A stretch of 61,603 bases of DNA, counting the filler, from Globobulimina sp. (taxonomy: Eukaryota), in assembly GCA_003354225.1 (NCBI GenBank). It is 25 parts of 25 records of this genome, joined end to end, with 100 filler letters (N's around TTAATTAATTAA, not from the genome) between each part and the next. Parts side by side here need not be neighbours in the genome. Positions count along the whole stretch, not along the records: positions 46,909 to 49,274 come from PIVH01007115.1; positions 49,375 to 51,740 come from PIVH01007116.1; positions 51,841 to 54,206 come from PIVH01007117.1; positions 54,307 to 56,672 come from PIVH01007118.1; positions 56,773 to 59,138 come from PIVH01007119.1; 20 more parts are not named here. One strand, given 5' to 3'. Shown here piece by piece: positions 47,185 to 59,238 of this stretch (its first letter is position 1; each line of letters begins with the position of its first letter). The position numbers and the translations under genes were made by a program. The notes below the pieces were generated by a model, which searched no databases, was not told where the DNA came from, and worked only from the letters and a program-made list of their open reading frames with translations.

Positions 47185-48145
47185 ATGTACAAATCACTCA
47201 CTCAGTACATATCCAGAAGACACAGCGCAGCAACAATTAAAGGGAAACAAACCATATCGCTGCAACAACACACAGCGTGGAATAAAAATGGATATATAAT
47301 TGTTCCAGGCTTGTAATTATAAATTTATTGCAATTGCAATTGTCATACATTTTTAATCATAAATAGGATTATTTGACAAGGAAGAAATGTCCATATTGCA
47401 TGAAACTATAAAATGTGATAAGATTTTACATGAGAACGAATTTGCAGTGAAAGACAACGAAGGACGTGGCGCATCACTGTCGATTTGGAATTATTTATCC
47501 AATGATACTTATGGCAATTTTATGGCATCAAACAGAATGTATAGAATAATGAGCGCATTGTCAATGAATGCCACCATGCAACATTATCACACAAAATTAA
47601 TGTTGAAACATGCACAAACTGGTGGTGCATTTGAATGGCATCAAGACTATGGTTATTGGTATAAAAATGGGATATTATTTCCGGATTTGATCACTGCATT
47701 TATTGCGGTTGATAATTGTACGAAATCGAATGGATGTTTGGAGGTTTTAAAAGGTTCACATTTATTGGGCAGAATTGAACATTCACTGATTGGCCATGGT
47801 GGACAAACCTGTGCTGATCCAGATAGAATAAAATGGATTGAGCAAGTTTGTGAAAACGAATTTGTTGAATTAAAAACTGGGGATACATTGTTTTTTCATT
47901 GTAATTTATTGCATCGATCCGCAGCAAATACATCAGATAATACAAGATATGCATTGTTAGCAAGTTACAATACAAAGGAAAACCAACCATTTGTGGAACA
48001 TCATCATATTTGTACTGATATAGAGGTTCGAGATGATAGTAATATTAAAGAAATGGGTGTTGTTCCGACATTTGATGAAAATATATTTATGGATCCCACC
48101 AAAGATCAAACTGCAGTTGCACAGAAAGTAAGAAATTTCAAATAA
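47185..48145 (+). CDS. Phytanoyl-CoA dioxygenase (PhyH) family 2OG-Fe(II) enzyme, 2 exons (GC-AG intron 47309-47366)
   Basis: GYIIVPG|LFDKEEM, WHQDYGYWY, NGCLEVLKGSH and GDTLFFHCNLLHRSAAN.S...R. Confidence 0.9.
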
Positions 48146-48398
48146 ATGCTTATTCTCGATCTCCGTCATTCATCATGATTTATACATCTTGCAATTAGTA
48201 TGGTTTCGTCAGATTTAAAATTTAGATAAATCTTTGGTATTCCCAATTTCCGCTGTTTCTATAGCTAGAGTATTATAATCATAATTACACAATACGTCTA
48301 AATATGAATATTATAAATATAGGTTTGCCTTAACTGCTGAAGTCTAAGTCTAATAATCATCTCCTTAGCCACCAGCCCACCACCAACACTGGATCTCA

Positions 48399-49274
48399 AT
48401 GGCACAGCTTTTACTGTTTTTAGTATTTTTTTTTACGTCTGCTAAATCCAATGCAAATTTAGTATTAGGCAGTAATGAATTTGGTTATGATTTATCAAAC
48501 GAATTATACACCGATTCTTCAGCAAATACGTGGATATCACCATTTTGTATAACATCATGTTTTTCATTAATATATGCTGGAAGTAATGGTAACACACAGA
48601 CACAAATTGCAAATGTATTAGGATATCCATCAGATATTGAGACTGCACAAGTTACCCAACATTTTTTCCTTTTACAGTCATTAATTGAAAATACATATAA
48701 TGGAATGAATAGAGCATCCATTATCGGAATAGCAAATAAAATTTATTCCTCAAAATCATTAGCATTAAAACAATCCTATATCGATGCTTTAAATGATGGG
48801 ACAGAATCATTTATTGACTCTAATTTTGATTTTGTTGCAAATAATGCAACCACAATAATTAATGAATGGGTCAATGCAAATACAAATGGTTTAATTGAAA
48901 ATATAATCCCGCCAACTCTCGATATTTCAGCATGGCGTTTAGTAGCAATGAATGCAATTTATTTAAATGGTACATTTTCAAAGCAATTTGACCCAACAAT
49001 GACCTCTGACTCTCATTTTTATTCAAATGCAAATCGAGCAACATTTACTGTACCACTTTATTTAATGCATCAAATGGATTATTTTTATTATCATTCAAAT
49101 GGAGATTATCAATTTTTAAAATTTCCTTTTTCAGATTCGGACGACTTATTTGTTTTATTTGCATTACCAATGAATAATAATGTTGGCTCACTCACAGATG
49201 TAAATATAGCTAAAACAGCCATAACTAAGCTTGAATTAAAATATATCGCATTAGCTTTACCAAAGTTATCCATC
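48399..49274 (+). CDS. Secreted serpin, 3'-truncated
   Basis: Signal peptide, N.WISPF, GS.GNT..QI, INEWV..NTNGLI, MNAIYLNG.F..FD and LALPKL. Confidence 0.92.
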
Positions 49275-49678
49275 NNNNNNNNNNNNNNNNNNNNNNNNNN
49301 NNNNNNNNNNNNNNNNNNTTAATTAATTAANNNNNNNNNNNNNNNNNNNNNNNNNNNNNNNNNNNNNNNNNNNNCCTGAAACGCGAAGCTTCTTTTTCCT
49401 TAACTTCTCTTTTAATTGTTTCACTGTGAAACGCTGATAATGAAGCTGTGACATGCTGTGCGCTGCGGGAAATAGCACCCGGAGGGGAGGTTATCTCCAG
49501 AAACGCATCGTTTTCATTCCTAGAAAATACTAATTTGAAAAAATAGACATACGGTACATAACAATAATAAAACAAAAATGAAGATAGTTACACGAACACA
49601 AAATTAGAAAAAAGTCAAGACACTGCGAGAAAAAAGCGGAAAAACTAAATAAAACAAACATAGCACCTTCCGATCCAC

Positions 49679-51484
49679 CTAAGGTACAATAATATCATTC
49701 ACCATATCGTCTTCCTCCAAAATAGGCAAATTTTGTATTTGTAGCTCGACCTCAGAATTGCTGATAACTCGTTGTCTGTTAACGTTTGCATGTTTATTGT
49801 CGTAATATTGCACTTCCACTGATGAGGAAAACGCAGAAACAGACGCATCCAGAAAAATATTTGACTCTTTGATATTATCCATATTTATATCACAGATTTC
49901 TGTCTTTATGTGCCTATTATTCATATTTTTTTTATTCATCATCATGTTGTTCTTATTTCCATCCTTCACACCATTTATATGCATTGTCGTCGTATAAATG
50001 TCATCATAAAACGCAATGTCATCATCACTGCAATGTCGAATGTGATAACTCCAAACTGAGGACAAGATAATATTTTTTGTTGCAGTGAATAAAGTATGAA
50101 ACAAAATCAATATGAAAATAATAGATAGCAAATGCAATATGGCATGCAATGGATTGCCAATCCAGTCACAACAAATTAATAAATAGATTTTCCCAATGGA
50201 GCCGTTGTTAATATTATTTTCCTCCATTTGCAAATCTGCAGAATGTGAGATTGAAAATATAGAAAATACAATCGACATTATACCATAGCAAACTGCGATA
50301 AATATAGGATATACCACACCGTTGTAACTCATTGTCAATGCAGAGGAATAATATTCAATTAATAAGATAAATGACTGTGCAATGCCACTGTTCACAAATA
50401 ACGAGAAGAAAGACAATGAATTCGACACAAAATGAAGATTATATTCATAAATGAACGCAATATAAACGATGACCGATACCATATTTAAAGCCATCACGGT
50501 TTGTAAGAATTTCTTGTGCAAAGTTGCTAGATTTATGATTTTCATTCGTTTTAAAGTGAATAACCAAAATATGACAGAGTCAGACGTCAATTCATGATCA
50601 TTGATAATATTAACATCAGGATCAATGTCCGCTGTATGCGTAAAAGAGTCATTCATATTTAAAATGTTTGTCTTTTCTCTGTCAATTTTAAATGAATTGT
50701 ACCCATTGTGGCCACCGTCAGAATCATTCAAATCATTCAAATGATTCATGTGATTATAATGATTTAACTTTGGCGAATATGAAGACGGGCTGTGACTGTG
50801 GGTGTGACTCTCATCATTGATTATCGGCAAACTATGAATATTATTATTGTCCATAGCTAATATAAAATCATCATCGCGTTTATCAATGCCGTTTGAGTCC
50901 ACACTTATGGCCAAACTGAAACTATTCCGATTGTCATCATGTTGCAATTGATTTGATTCATCCATTTGTGAGATTGATTTGTATTTTTTTGCGTTTGGTG
51001 ATTTCAATGCAAACGATGTTGTTTCATTCATAATTTTCGACTGTTTATTTGATTTTAATTTGGTTAATCGATGTGTATTAATTATGATATCAATATAAGT
51101 GTAGATATAATTAACTTTTTTGACATTGTATGGTCTTAAATTAGATAGTTTTAATTGTTGTTGGTTAACAAATTCGGATATTTTATAGGTTACAATGAAT
51201 GATAATAACAGGTAAATGACTGAGAGTAATAATGACCAATTGTTCATCCAATAGATCCATTCCAATAATTGATGCCTTAGTATATGATAAGTTATACTCC
51301 AAAGTAATATGGTTAATGATAATGCAAAGAATATAAATCGTGTAATCAACCATTGTTTTGATATTGGGGAATGACCAAAGAATAAACTACCTCCAAATTC
51401 CACTGCCTCTGGGATCAGAATGTGTCTTTTGTAAATTCCTGGCCATGTGCAGTTTGGGCACTGTTTTTTGTCGCATGCCGTCAT
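49679..51484 (-). CDS. Multi-pass membrane protein, rolling-stone/FAR-17a-AIG1-like, with a long low-complexity loop
   Basis: WIYWMNNWSLLL, VYPIFIAVCYGIMSI and IY...DW..NP; about 6-7 TM segments. Confidence 0.55.
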   Translation of the reverse strand: MTACDKKQCPNCTWPGIYKRHILIPEAVEFGGSLFFGHSPISKQWLITRFIFFALSLTILLWSITYHILRHQLLEWIYWMNNWSLLLSVIYLLLSFIVTYKISEFVNQQQLKLSNLRPYNVKKVNYIYTYIDIIINTHRLTKLKSNKQSKIMNETTSFALKSPNAKKYKSISQMDESNQLQHDDNRNSFSLAISVDSNGIDKRDDDFILAMDNNNIHSLPIINDESHTHSHSPSSYSPKLNHYNHMNHLNDLNDSDGGHNGYNSFKIDREKTNILNMNDSFTHTADIDPDVNIINDHELTSDSVIFWLFTLKRMKIINLATLHKKFLQTVMALNMVSVIVYIAFIYEYNLHFVSNSLSFFSLFVNSGIAQSFILLIEYYSSALTMSYNGVVYPIFIAVCYGIMSIVFSIFSISHSADLQMEENNINNGSIGKIYLLICCDWIGNPLHAILHLLSIIFILILFHTLFTATKNIILSSVWSYHIRHCSDDDIAFYDDIYTTTMHINGVKDGNKNNMMMNKKNMNNRHIKTEICDINMDNIKESNIFLDASVSAFSSSVEVQYYDNKHANVNRQRVISNSEVELQIQNLPILEEDDMVNDIIVP

Positions 51485-51896
51485 GGTATATTAGTGATTT
51501 TTGAGAGACGCGGTGAACAATGCTCACTCTCTACCTACTTTTGTGGTACGTTATTAATTTGACGATTCCAAGTATGTGCGATCTCATATTAGCATCAATA
51601 ATCATATTACATCCAAAAATAACAGATTACGCAATACAAGACACAAATGTCAAGGAACGCATTGGGAATCAGTTAATGCAAATTATGCTTAATTCCACAC
51701 AATTTGATGATAGACCGTCTCAAATCAACTTTCTTAAAACNNNNNNNNNNNNNNNNNNNNNNNNNNNNNNNNNNNNNNNNNNNNTTAATTAATTAANNNN
51801 NNNNNNNNNNNNNNNNNNNNNNNNNNNNNNNNNNNNNNNNTTTGTCATTCACATTTTCTGTACACACTCCCTCATAAATCGATCCATTATTAACAG

Positions 51897-53124
51897 ACTC
51901 GTGAATTGGCGCAAGCAGTGTTCAATAAAGAAACAGAAGCCAGGCAGTATGGCGCTGTTATAACAACCAGACAAAAAATTACTACATTACGAAATCAACA
52001 AAAACAATTCATCGAAAACCAGAATGTAGCAAAAAGAGATGAATTTATTAGACAACAAACTGAGCTCAAAAACAAACAAAGAATGCAACATAAAATAAAT
52101 AAATATCAATCTATTTTGAGAGGAGATTCCAACGTTGTTAGTAATGAATATTTGTAAGTTAAATTCCTACATAAAAAGCGTTTTTGATACATAACAAACA
52201 TTTAATTAATTTAATTGTATTCATTCCATTCCATTCAACAGAGTCGATTTCGAAGCGAAAGGCATTGATGTTACAACTGAAGATCATGAGATAACATTAA
52301 TGAATGTAAGATATGAAAGGAATAAAAATAAGATTGACTATGAATTATACCCAGATATGGTGGCTGATAGCGATGAAATTGCAAATAAATCACAAAAGAA
52401 AATGACTTTTGAGGATAAAATGAAAACACATTTATCAGATCGGAAACAATTAATCATTGACGCTAAGAAAAGGAAACAAAATTTTATGCAACACATCAAA
52501 GCCGGAACTATTGACTCATTAATAAAGGAAATGAGTGAAATGGAAACAAAAAATAAAATAAATATCCGTAAAAAGCCGATATTCACAAATAAAATGAAAA
52601 CAGCCACCAAACAGAAATCTTTTGTTCATAAACGCATTGAAATGGAAGTTAAAAACAAAAAAAGGAAGTTCGATGAGACAGAGAATGATTCACAATCCGT
52701 ATCTATATCGCCTGTAACTAAAAAGTTTAAAGCAAAACGTGTTGATAAGGAGTGTGATTATGCTGCGATACCTCCACCGACTCATTTGTATGCAAAGAAT
52801 AAAGGAAAAAGCAATGAATATAAACAGGAAACAATGGAAGTGAGTGATAATAATAATCCATCGGAATTTCAGTCAACAACAATGCATCAAACCTATCCAC
52901 AACAAACATATCCATATCCGTATGGTTTGAATTATAATCCATATTTGCATGGATATAATCCATATATGAATCCTTATCATCAAAATATGCAATATCCATT
53001 TCCATATTATCACCCACAAATGTCTCAATATCCGTATCCGAGTCAAATACCGCAAACTAATCCATTTATACCCAACACAAATCCGAATAACATCGAACCT
53101 ACGAAACAAAAGGATGACAGCTAA
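51897..53124 (+). CDS. Hypothetical Lys-rich protein with Tyr/Pro/Gln-rich tail (intron 52154-52241), 5'-truncated
   Basis: A GTAAGT..CAG intron joins ORFs 51906-52157 and 52300-53124 in frame. Confidence 0.6.
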
Positions 53125-53174
53125 AATTGTTTTTGTTTTTTTTGCATGATCTAAAAAACTTGTGAGTGTACGCA

Positions 53175-53684
53175 ATGGCAGGGAGAGATTACTTAATTCA
53201 CGATGTTGATGTTGATGTTGATATAAATAACAACAATAATAATAATTATGAAAGTAAAGTGAATGAGAATGCAAAATCAAGCTCCACATCGACAACACCA
53301 AAGGTAAGAAAAAAGAGACAAAAAACACCAAAACATGAAAAAATGACAGATGAAAAAAAACAAGAAATTCAACAAAAAGTGAAATTAAAGATTGCAAAGA
53401 CAGTGTATGAAATTATTGATTTTCGAGTGAGGGAATGGAATGATAACAACATTGAGGATCATAATGATGAAGATATAAAATTAAAGGCATCCAAGGAATT
53501 TATATTTGGATTAACGGAATTAATTTATGACACATCGGTTGTGTTAGGAAATGATTTGGAACAATTCAGGAAACATCGCGGCAAAAAAACTGTGGAAATT
53601 AAGGATTTTATGTTATTTCCGCGCAGAAATAAACACATAAAACAAAAAATGATTGATTTCTGCACAAAACTGCAAGATTATTAG
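53175..53684 (+). CDS. CENPS: CENP-S/MHF1 histone-fold protein
   Basis: ASKEFIFGLTELIY....LGNDLEQFRKHRGKKTVEIKDFMLFPRRN resembles CENP-S SKQTIAAISEL..AKDLEMFARHAKRTTINTEDVKLLARR. Confidence 0.75.
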   Translation: MAGRDYLIHDVDVDVDINNNNNNNYESKVNENAKSSSTSTTPKVRKKRQKTPKHEKMTDEKKQEIQQKVKLKIAKTVYEIIDFRVREWNDNNIEDHNDEDIKLKASKEFIFGLTELIYDTSVVLGNDLEQFRKHRGKKTVEIKDFMLFPRRNKHIKQKMIDFCTKLQDY

Positions 53685-54306
53685 ATCAAAAATTGGTCAA
53701 TGCGAACAAAATCCAACCACTAAAATAACACAGTTTTCTTCACTGTTTCTACGTCACTAGTAATCGTATACAGTATTTAACAAAACCTGATCACGTTATA
53801 TATTATAAAATATTATAAAATAATACATATAAACAACATATAAAATACAAAACAAATGGCAAACCAGATACATGATTTCGAAAAGAACAATATTCCCATT
53901 TAGGCACGCTGCTCACATGGATAAATGACATTTGTTGACAAATTATTAACCATTACATCATTTAGTTTGCGTGTGTTTGCATATGTATAGGATGTGCTAT
54001 TATTGGTTGGGGATTTGGATTCAATGTTTGTTGAAAATAAAAATTATTTATTTGCATTACCTGGGCAACGGGTAATGGTAATTTATAATTACTGTCAGGT
54101 CTTTCATCTGCACCCAATAATGATGACAAATCTAATGAGAAATCTACAGTTTGTTTTGATGCATTCAATGTTTTATAAATTCGCTCAACATTCTCTTGAG
54201 TAAGATNNNNNNNNNNNNNNNNNNNNNNNNNNNNNNNNNNNNNNNNNNNNTTAATTAATTAANNNNNNNNNNNNNNNNNNNNNNNNNNNNNNNNNNNNNN
54301 NNNNNN

Positions 54307-56527
54307 TATGAAGAGTCCATGAATATTTTGCAAATTTCTCCTGATAGGATCTAATATATTTTTCCACCGCTTCTTCTTTCATTTCATCTATATTTCCTAT
54401 ACTTATCTCAACAATCTTTAACTGTGTAATACTATAATTATTGTGAAGAAATACCAACATACAATCATAGATAAATTCATCTTGCAAATGTTCTACATTG
54501 TTTATTGTGACGTATATACATTTTGTATTTGGAAACAATTTCGTAATGACTTCAAGTTTCATCCAACCGTTTTTATGCCTCGACATGGCATTGTGTAATG
54601 GACTATTTCCGCGTTCATCATTCAAATCATACAATGTTATTTCCTCAATGCTTTGACAATGCAAATGCAATAATTTTTGTACATATTCAGGACATTTTTT
54701 CCAAGCTGGATAATTCTTATTATTTGTATAATATCTGCTCAATTCATGTGCCATTAATCGAAACGCAAACCGTATATCCTGTTTTGTCGAAGGATAACTA
54801 CCGCATAAAAAATCTTTACACATACAAAATGTAATTTGTTTCATTGCTTTGATATATATTTCATAATTAATCCCTGATAAATTCTCAACAATTGTATGGA
54901 AAGTGAAGTGATTGGCGCCTCCGATTGTAAATATTTCCTGCTCATTTCGATAGTCGCTGATCCAACTCATATCCACACAACTTTTCCTGAGGGAAGCAGC
55001 CGGTCCTTCATCCTTTTTGAAGCTCCAGTCTGTAACCATAGCTATAGTCACAACCATTCCTTGATCACCACAAAAATTAGTGGCCACTGCGTAATCTGTG
55101 GTTGTACTCAATGGAGCCTTAATATATGCAAATAATGAAGAAAATACAAATGTATTGTTTACTCCATGAAACACTGTTATCTCATTATATATAATTTTTT
55201 TTTTCCATTTTTGGATTTTTTTTTCCATTCCAAAACACTCCACACATTCTCTCAATAATCTGCCTAAATGATAATAATTTCTGTGTCGTTGCATCATTGC
55301 ATCATCAGTCTCATTCTCATTTTTATGTCGATATGTTTCAGAAAATTTATGCTGCAACGTATCATAATTAGAATATACCATCAAAACTATAAGATGTTGC
55401 ATTTTAATTTGTTCATTCTCCTTCATTTCATAATATGCTGCTGACTGTTTTCGTGGACAACTTATACTCCGCACATATTCTGTATCCAAGTGCATATTTG
55501 CTCTTTTTAGTAAACCATCCCATTGAGATTGCCCAATGCAACAAACGGTGTTGTCAATTAATTCTGTTTTCAAATCAGGATATTTGCGTTCAACATACCA
55601 GTCAGCAACAGTTGATCCAGCATTTGCAGCTGGCGGATCTGAATTATAAGCCCATTTGAAGTTTGCCGAATTATGTGCATCATCATACACTTTATGACAA
55701 TGTTCATAATGGCGCCAATAGAAATATCTGTAGCCATAACTGTAAACGTCCAATTTATTTGGTTGTGGTTCCAGTTCCACCATAAACTTATTTTTATCAC
55801 TAGATAATCTTCCCAGTCCTTGCATGTTTCCATAGTATTTTCTTTTGGATCTTGTGATGTTGTTTATTTTTTGAATAATCACGTCATCATAAAGGACAAC
55901 CTCATCATCATTCTGTTTGATGTCTTGATTGATAATATTTTGTTTATCTATTTTTGTTAATTTATATCCAATATCAAATGTATGGAAATAATAACAATGT
56001 ATAATATCCAACGTTTGTTGTGTAACAATATCATTTCCAAAATATAAATCATGCAATAAATCCTCTTGTAATGCCATGGTTGAGCTGTTCCTATAATGTC
56101 GTCTCAAGATTACACAATTTGACAGTTTACATTGTTGTTTATCATTGCTTTTATCTTTCAATATATTGTGAATATCTTCAAACTCCGTTGAATGACTGAA
56201 TAATAAATGATTACCATCGTTCAATATCGATACAATATCAAATGTCTCTCGTAAACCATCCTCAGATTTGTTTTTATTTGTATCATTATCATTATTTGCA
56301 GTTGATATATATGAATGATATTGTTTCAATACTTGGCATATTCTCTCCAAACACCCACATTTTATCAACTCATGATCGCATGTACTATGTTTCCGAAAAT
56401 GTGCTTCTTCATTCAATAGATATACTGAGTTAATTGGCGTTGGTGTTGGTAGATCCGCTGAAATAAAATAAGGATCGCTTGGAGTGAATTGTTTAAAACA
56501 TAATAAATAAATGTTAACTTTGTTCAA
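54307..56527 (-). CDS. Large ADP-ribosyltransferase-like family protein (start uncertain, 3'-truncated)
   Basis: TVFHGV...APLSTTTDYAVATNF..GMVV...DMSWISDYRNEQEIF follows the order of the ART R/H-STS-ExE motifs. Confidence 0.6.
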
Positions 56528-56772
56528 TTAACTCCTTTATCCAAGGATCAATTGACATGTTTTCCAACCAAAAATATTTTCAAGTCACGATAACATGTAC
56601 AAATTATTTTTTTTCGATGACTATCCTCAAGAGTTATGTCAGAGTGGACATTCGGAATTTATTTGTAAAACANNNNNNNNNNNNNNNNNNNNNNNNNNNN
56701 NNNNNNNNNNNNNNNNTTAATTAATTAANNNNNNNNNNNNNNNNNNNNNNNNNNNNNNNNNNNNNNNNNNNN

Positions 56773-59138
56773 TACAATGTTCAATCCAAGGAGTTTTATA
56801 AAAACAATCCATTTCAAAATAACAATAATAATAACAACAATAATTTTGATGATGGGCATTCGGATAAACATTGCAAACAATGTCCGCAAAACAATCAAAA
56901 TATAAATATAAATACAAACATACCATGGAATCAACAGCAATTTGAACAAAATATAATTCGATTATTCATTACCTCCACACATATTTCATTTATTGTATCC
57001 CCACTCAACAATGAACAATTTAAATTTTTATATGTTTTGAATAAACATATTTCCACAAAAGAAAACAAAACAAACTGTAATAAGAATAACAATGATTATA
57101 ATGATGAAAACATTTTATTGTATCAAAATAACGAAAATGTAAAGAATGACATTAATAATTTATTGTTAAAATTCATGTGTCCCTCATGCGACTTTATAAT
57201 AAATCGACAACATACGTTATATAAACAAAAAAAGAGAGAGAATTTAATCAAATTCATCACAAAAAATGTGTTAAAAAATAAGAATCATATAAATAATATA
57301 AAATGCATTTTAGATTCGAGCCAAATCTCTGACGAATTTATTAAAAATATCCCATTAATTAATGGCGAAGAAGATGCCAAACAATCCGTGGCTGAAAATA
57401 ATTATTTAAATGTCAAAAAAAATATTTATGACAAGATGTGGAATGAATGCGGCGATGATAACAATAAGCTATGTTCCCACATTACCATTAATATTATTAA
57501 ACTGTTGAATCACTCACCAATCAAACAGCTGAGTCTCCAAAAAGAAAAATATAAACTCTGGATCTCCAAATTATTGTTCCATCCACAGGCCAAAATCCGT
57601 CAGACCGCCACCAAATATATTTACATTTTATTCTATTACTTTTTCGGCTGTTTTGAGTCCAATAAACCGGACGCATTCTTCACAATTTATGGCAAATCTG
57701 GTGACTTGAAGCAGAAATTTAAAATACCCGCCGGGCTCAATGGAGCCAATGACGACGAATTGATTAGAATTCATAAAAATGTTCGACACAAAATAATCAC
57801 CAACAGCATTGCCAATTTTTATGACATGATTGCGATTTATCGCAACAACAACGATGATACGTTTGCGTGGACCAAAGAGGATGACATTATTCTACGTAGC
57901 TCAATATCATGTATTTTGGAGTCCGAATCGCAAATTCAATTTGAAATGATATCACACATTCTGTCGTCTATAACTATTAAACCACTGACAACTTACAACC
58001 AATTATTAAGAATTTCGAAATTTAATTCATCGCATTCTTCATTTTCAAATATTTCATTGTTGTTACAAACATTTTCCAACAAAAATAATGGCGGAAACCG
58101 ATTATTTCAGCAATATTTGCATCGACATTTAATTAAATCGCGCAAGAAAATTAATATTATCAGCAAGGACTTGTTGAAGATCGACGGGAAAATATATTTC
58201 AATGAAATGTTATCAAATATATTTCCAAAATTGGTGTTTAACAAAGATATAAAAACAATTAAAGCAATCTCAAAATACTTAAATCGAAGAACAGCCGATA
58301 TTGCATTGTGTTTATTACACAAAATATTGCCAAAAATACTGATATCAATATATGAAAATGGTGATACTGATACGTGTACGGACCCATTTGGATGGATTGA
58401 AAGCAATTTATTTCAAAATAAACGAAAATTTCTGTCATTGCTAAAGGAAAGGCCCAGTTCCTTAGTAAATGAGCTTATATTTATTTGCGGCTCGGGATTG
58501 GATATCGATTCTACCAAAAAACGCAATAATACGCGATTAAATGCACAGAATGCACTGTCGTATCTGGCTGATGCTATCGGTGAAAAGCAAGAGAAAAATA
58601 ATAAAAAAAAGCAGAAAAATAAAAAAAAGAAATATTCCGATGAATCTAATGACGAATCTGACGATGACGAAGATGAAGAAATCGAAGCAAGATCATGCTT
58701 ATTAGCTCAATATGCATCAGAAATATTGCTCGGATTTGGCCAAAAACTGAATGCAAAAAGCGGCGATGAAGAGATTATCGCTTCAAATAAACGCAAAACA
58801 TTACGCAGCTTAAGAGCAATGATAAAATTATTAGACAATAAATTGCCTCAATTCGCCTCCAAAATTATCACCTTATTGAAAATGGCAATGAATGATCAAA
58901 AGCTGAGATCGCAGACATTATCAGTTTGGAAGGATTTTTTCAATTATTTATCTGGCAAACATTTGGCGCAAAATTTCGCTCAAATCGTAGTGACATTGTT
59001 GAATTTCTTGGAACTCCCCGCTTCTTTATCGGTGTTATCCTCTCCATCGCCATATGACAATAATGAGATGGACCTTGATATTGATTTTAATGATGATGAC
59101 GATATCGGTGGTATTGGCGATGACTATTTTGCATTGAC
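56773..59138 (+). CDS. ATR: ATR/Mec1/Rad3 PIKK, HEAT region with UME domain (internal fragment)
   Basis: KRKTLRSLRAMIKLL..QFASKIITLLKMAM...LRSQTLSVWKDFF..L....LAQNFAQIVVTLL resembles the UME domain. The frame is open across the whole contig. Confidence 0.65.
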
Positions 59139-59238
59139 NNNNNNNNNNNNNNNNNNNNNNNNNNNNNNNNNNNNNNNNNNNNTTAATTAATTAANNNNNN
59201 NNNNNNNNNNNNNNNNNNNNNNNNNNNNNNNNNNNNNN

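Noticed and set aside
2372-59238. Regularly spaced identical TTAATTAATTAA units resembling a repeat array, nanochromosome ends or CRISPR
   Set aside because: These are N-padded synthetic linkers between length-sorted contigs and are not biological.
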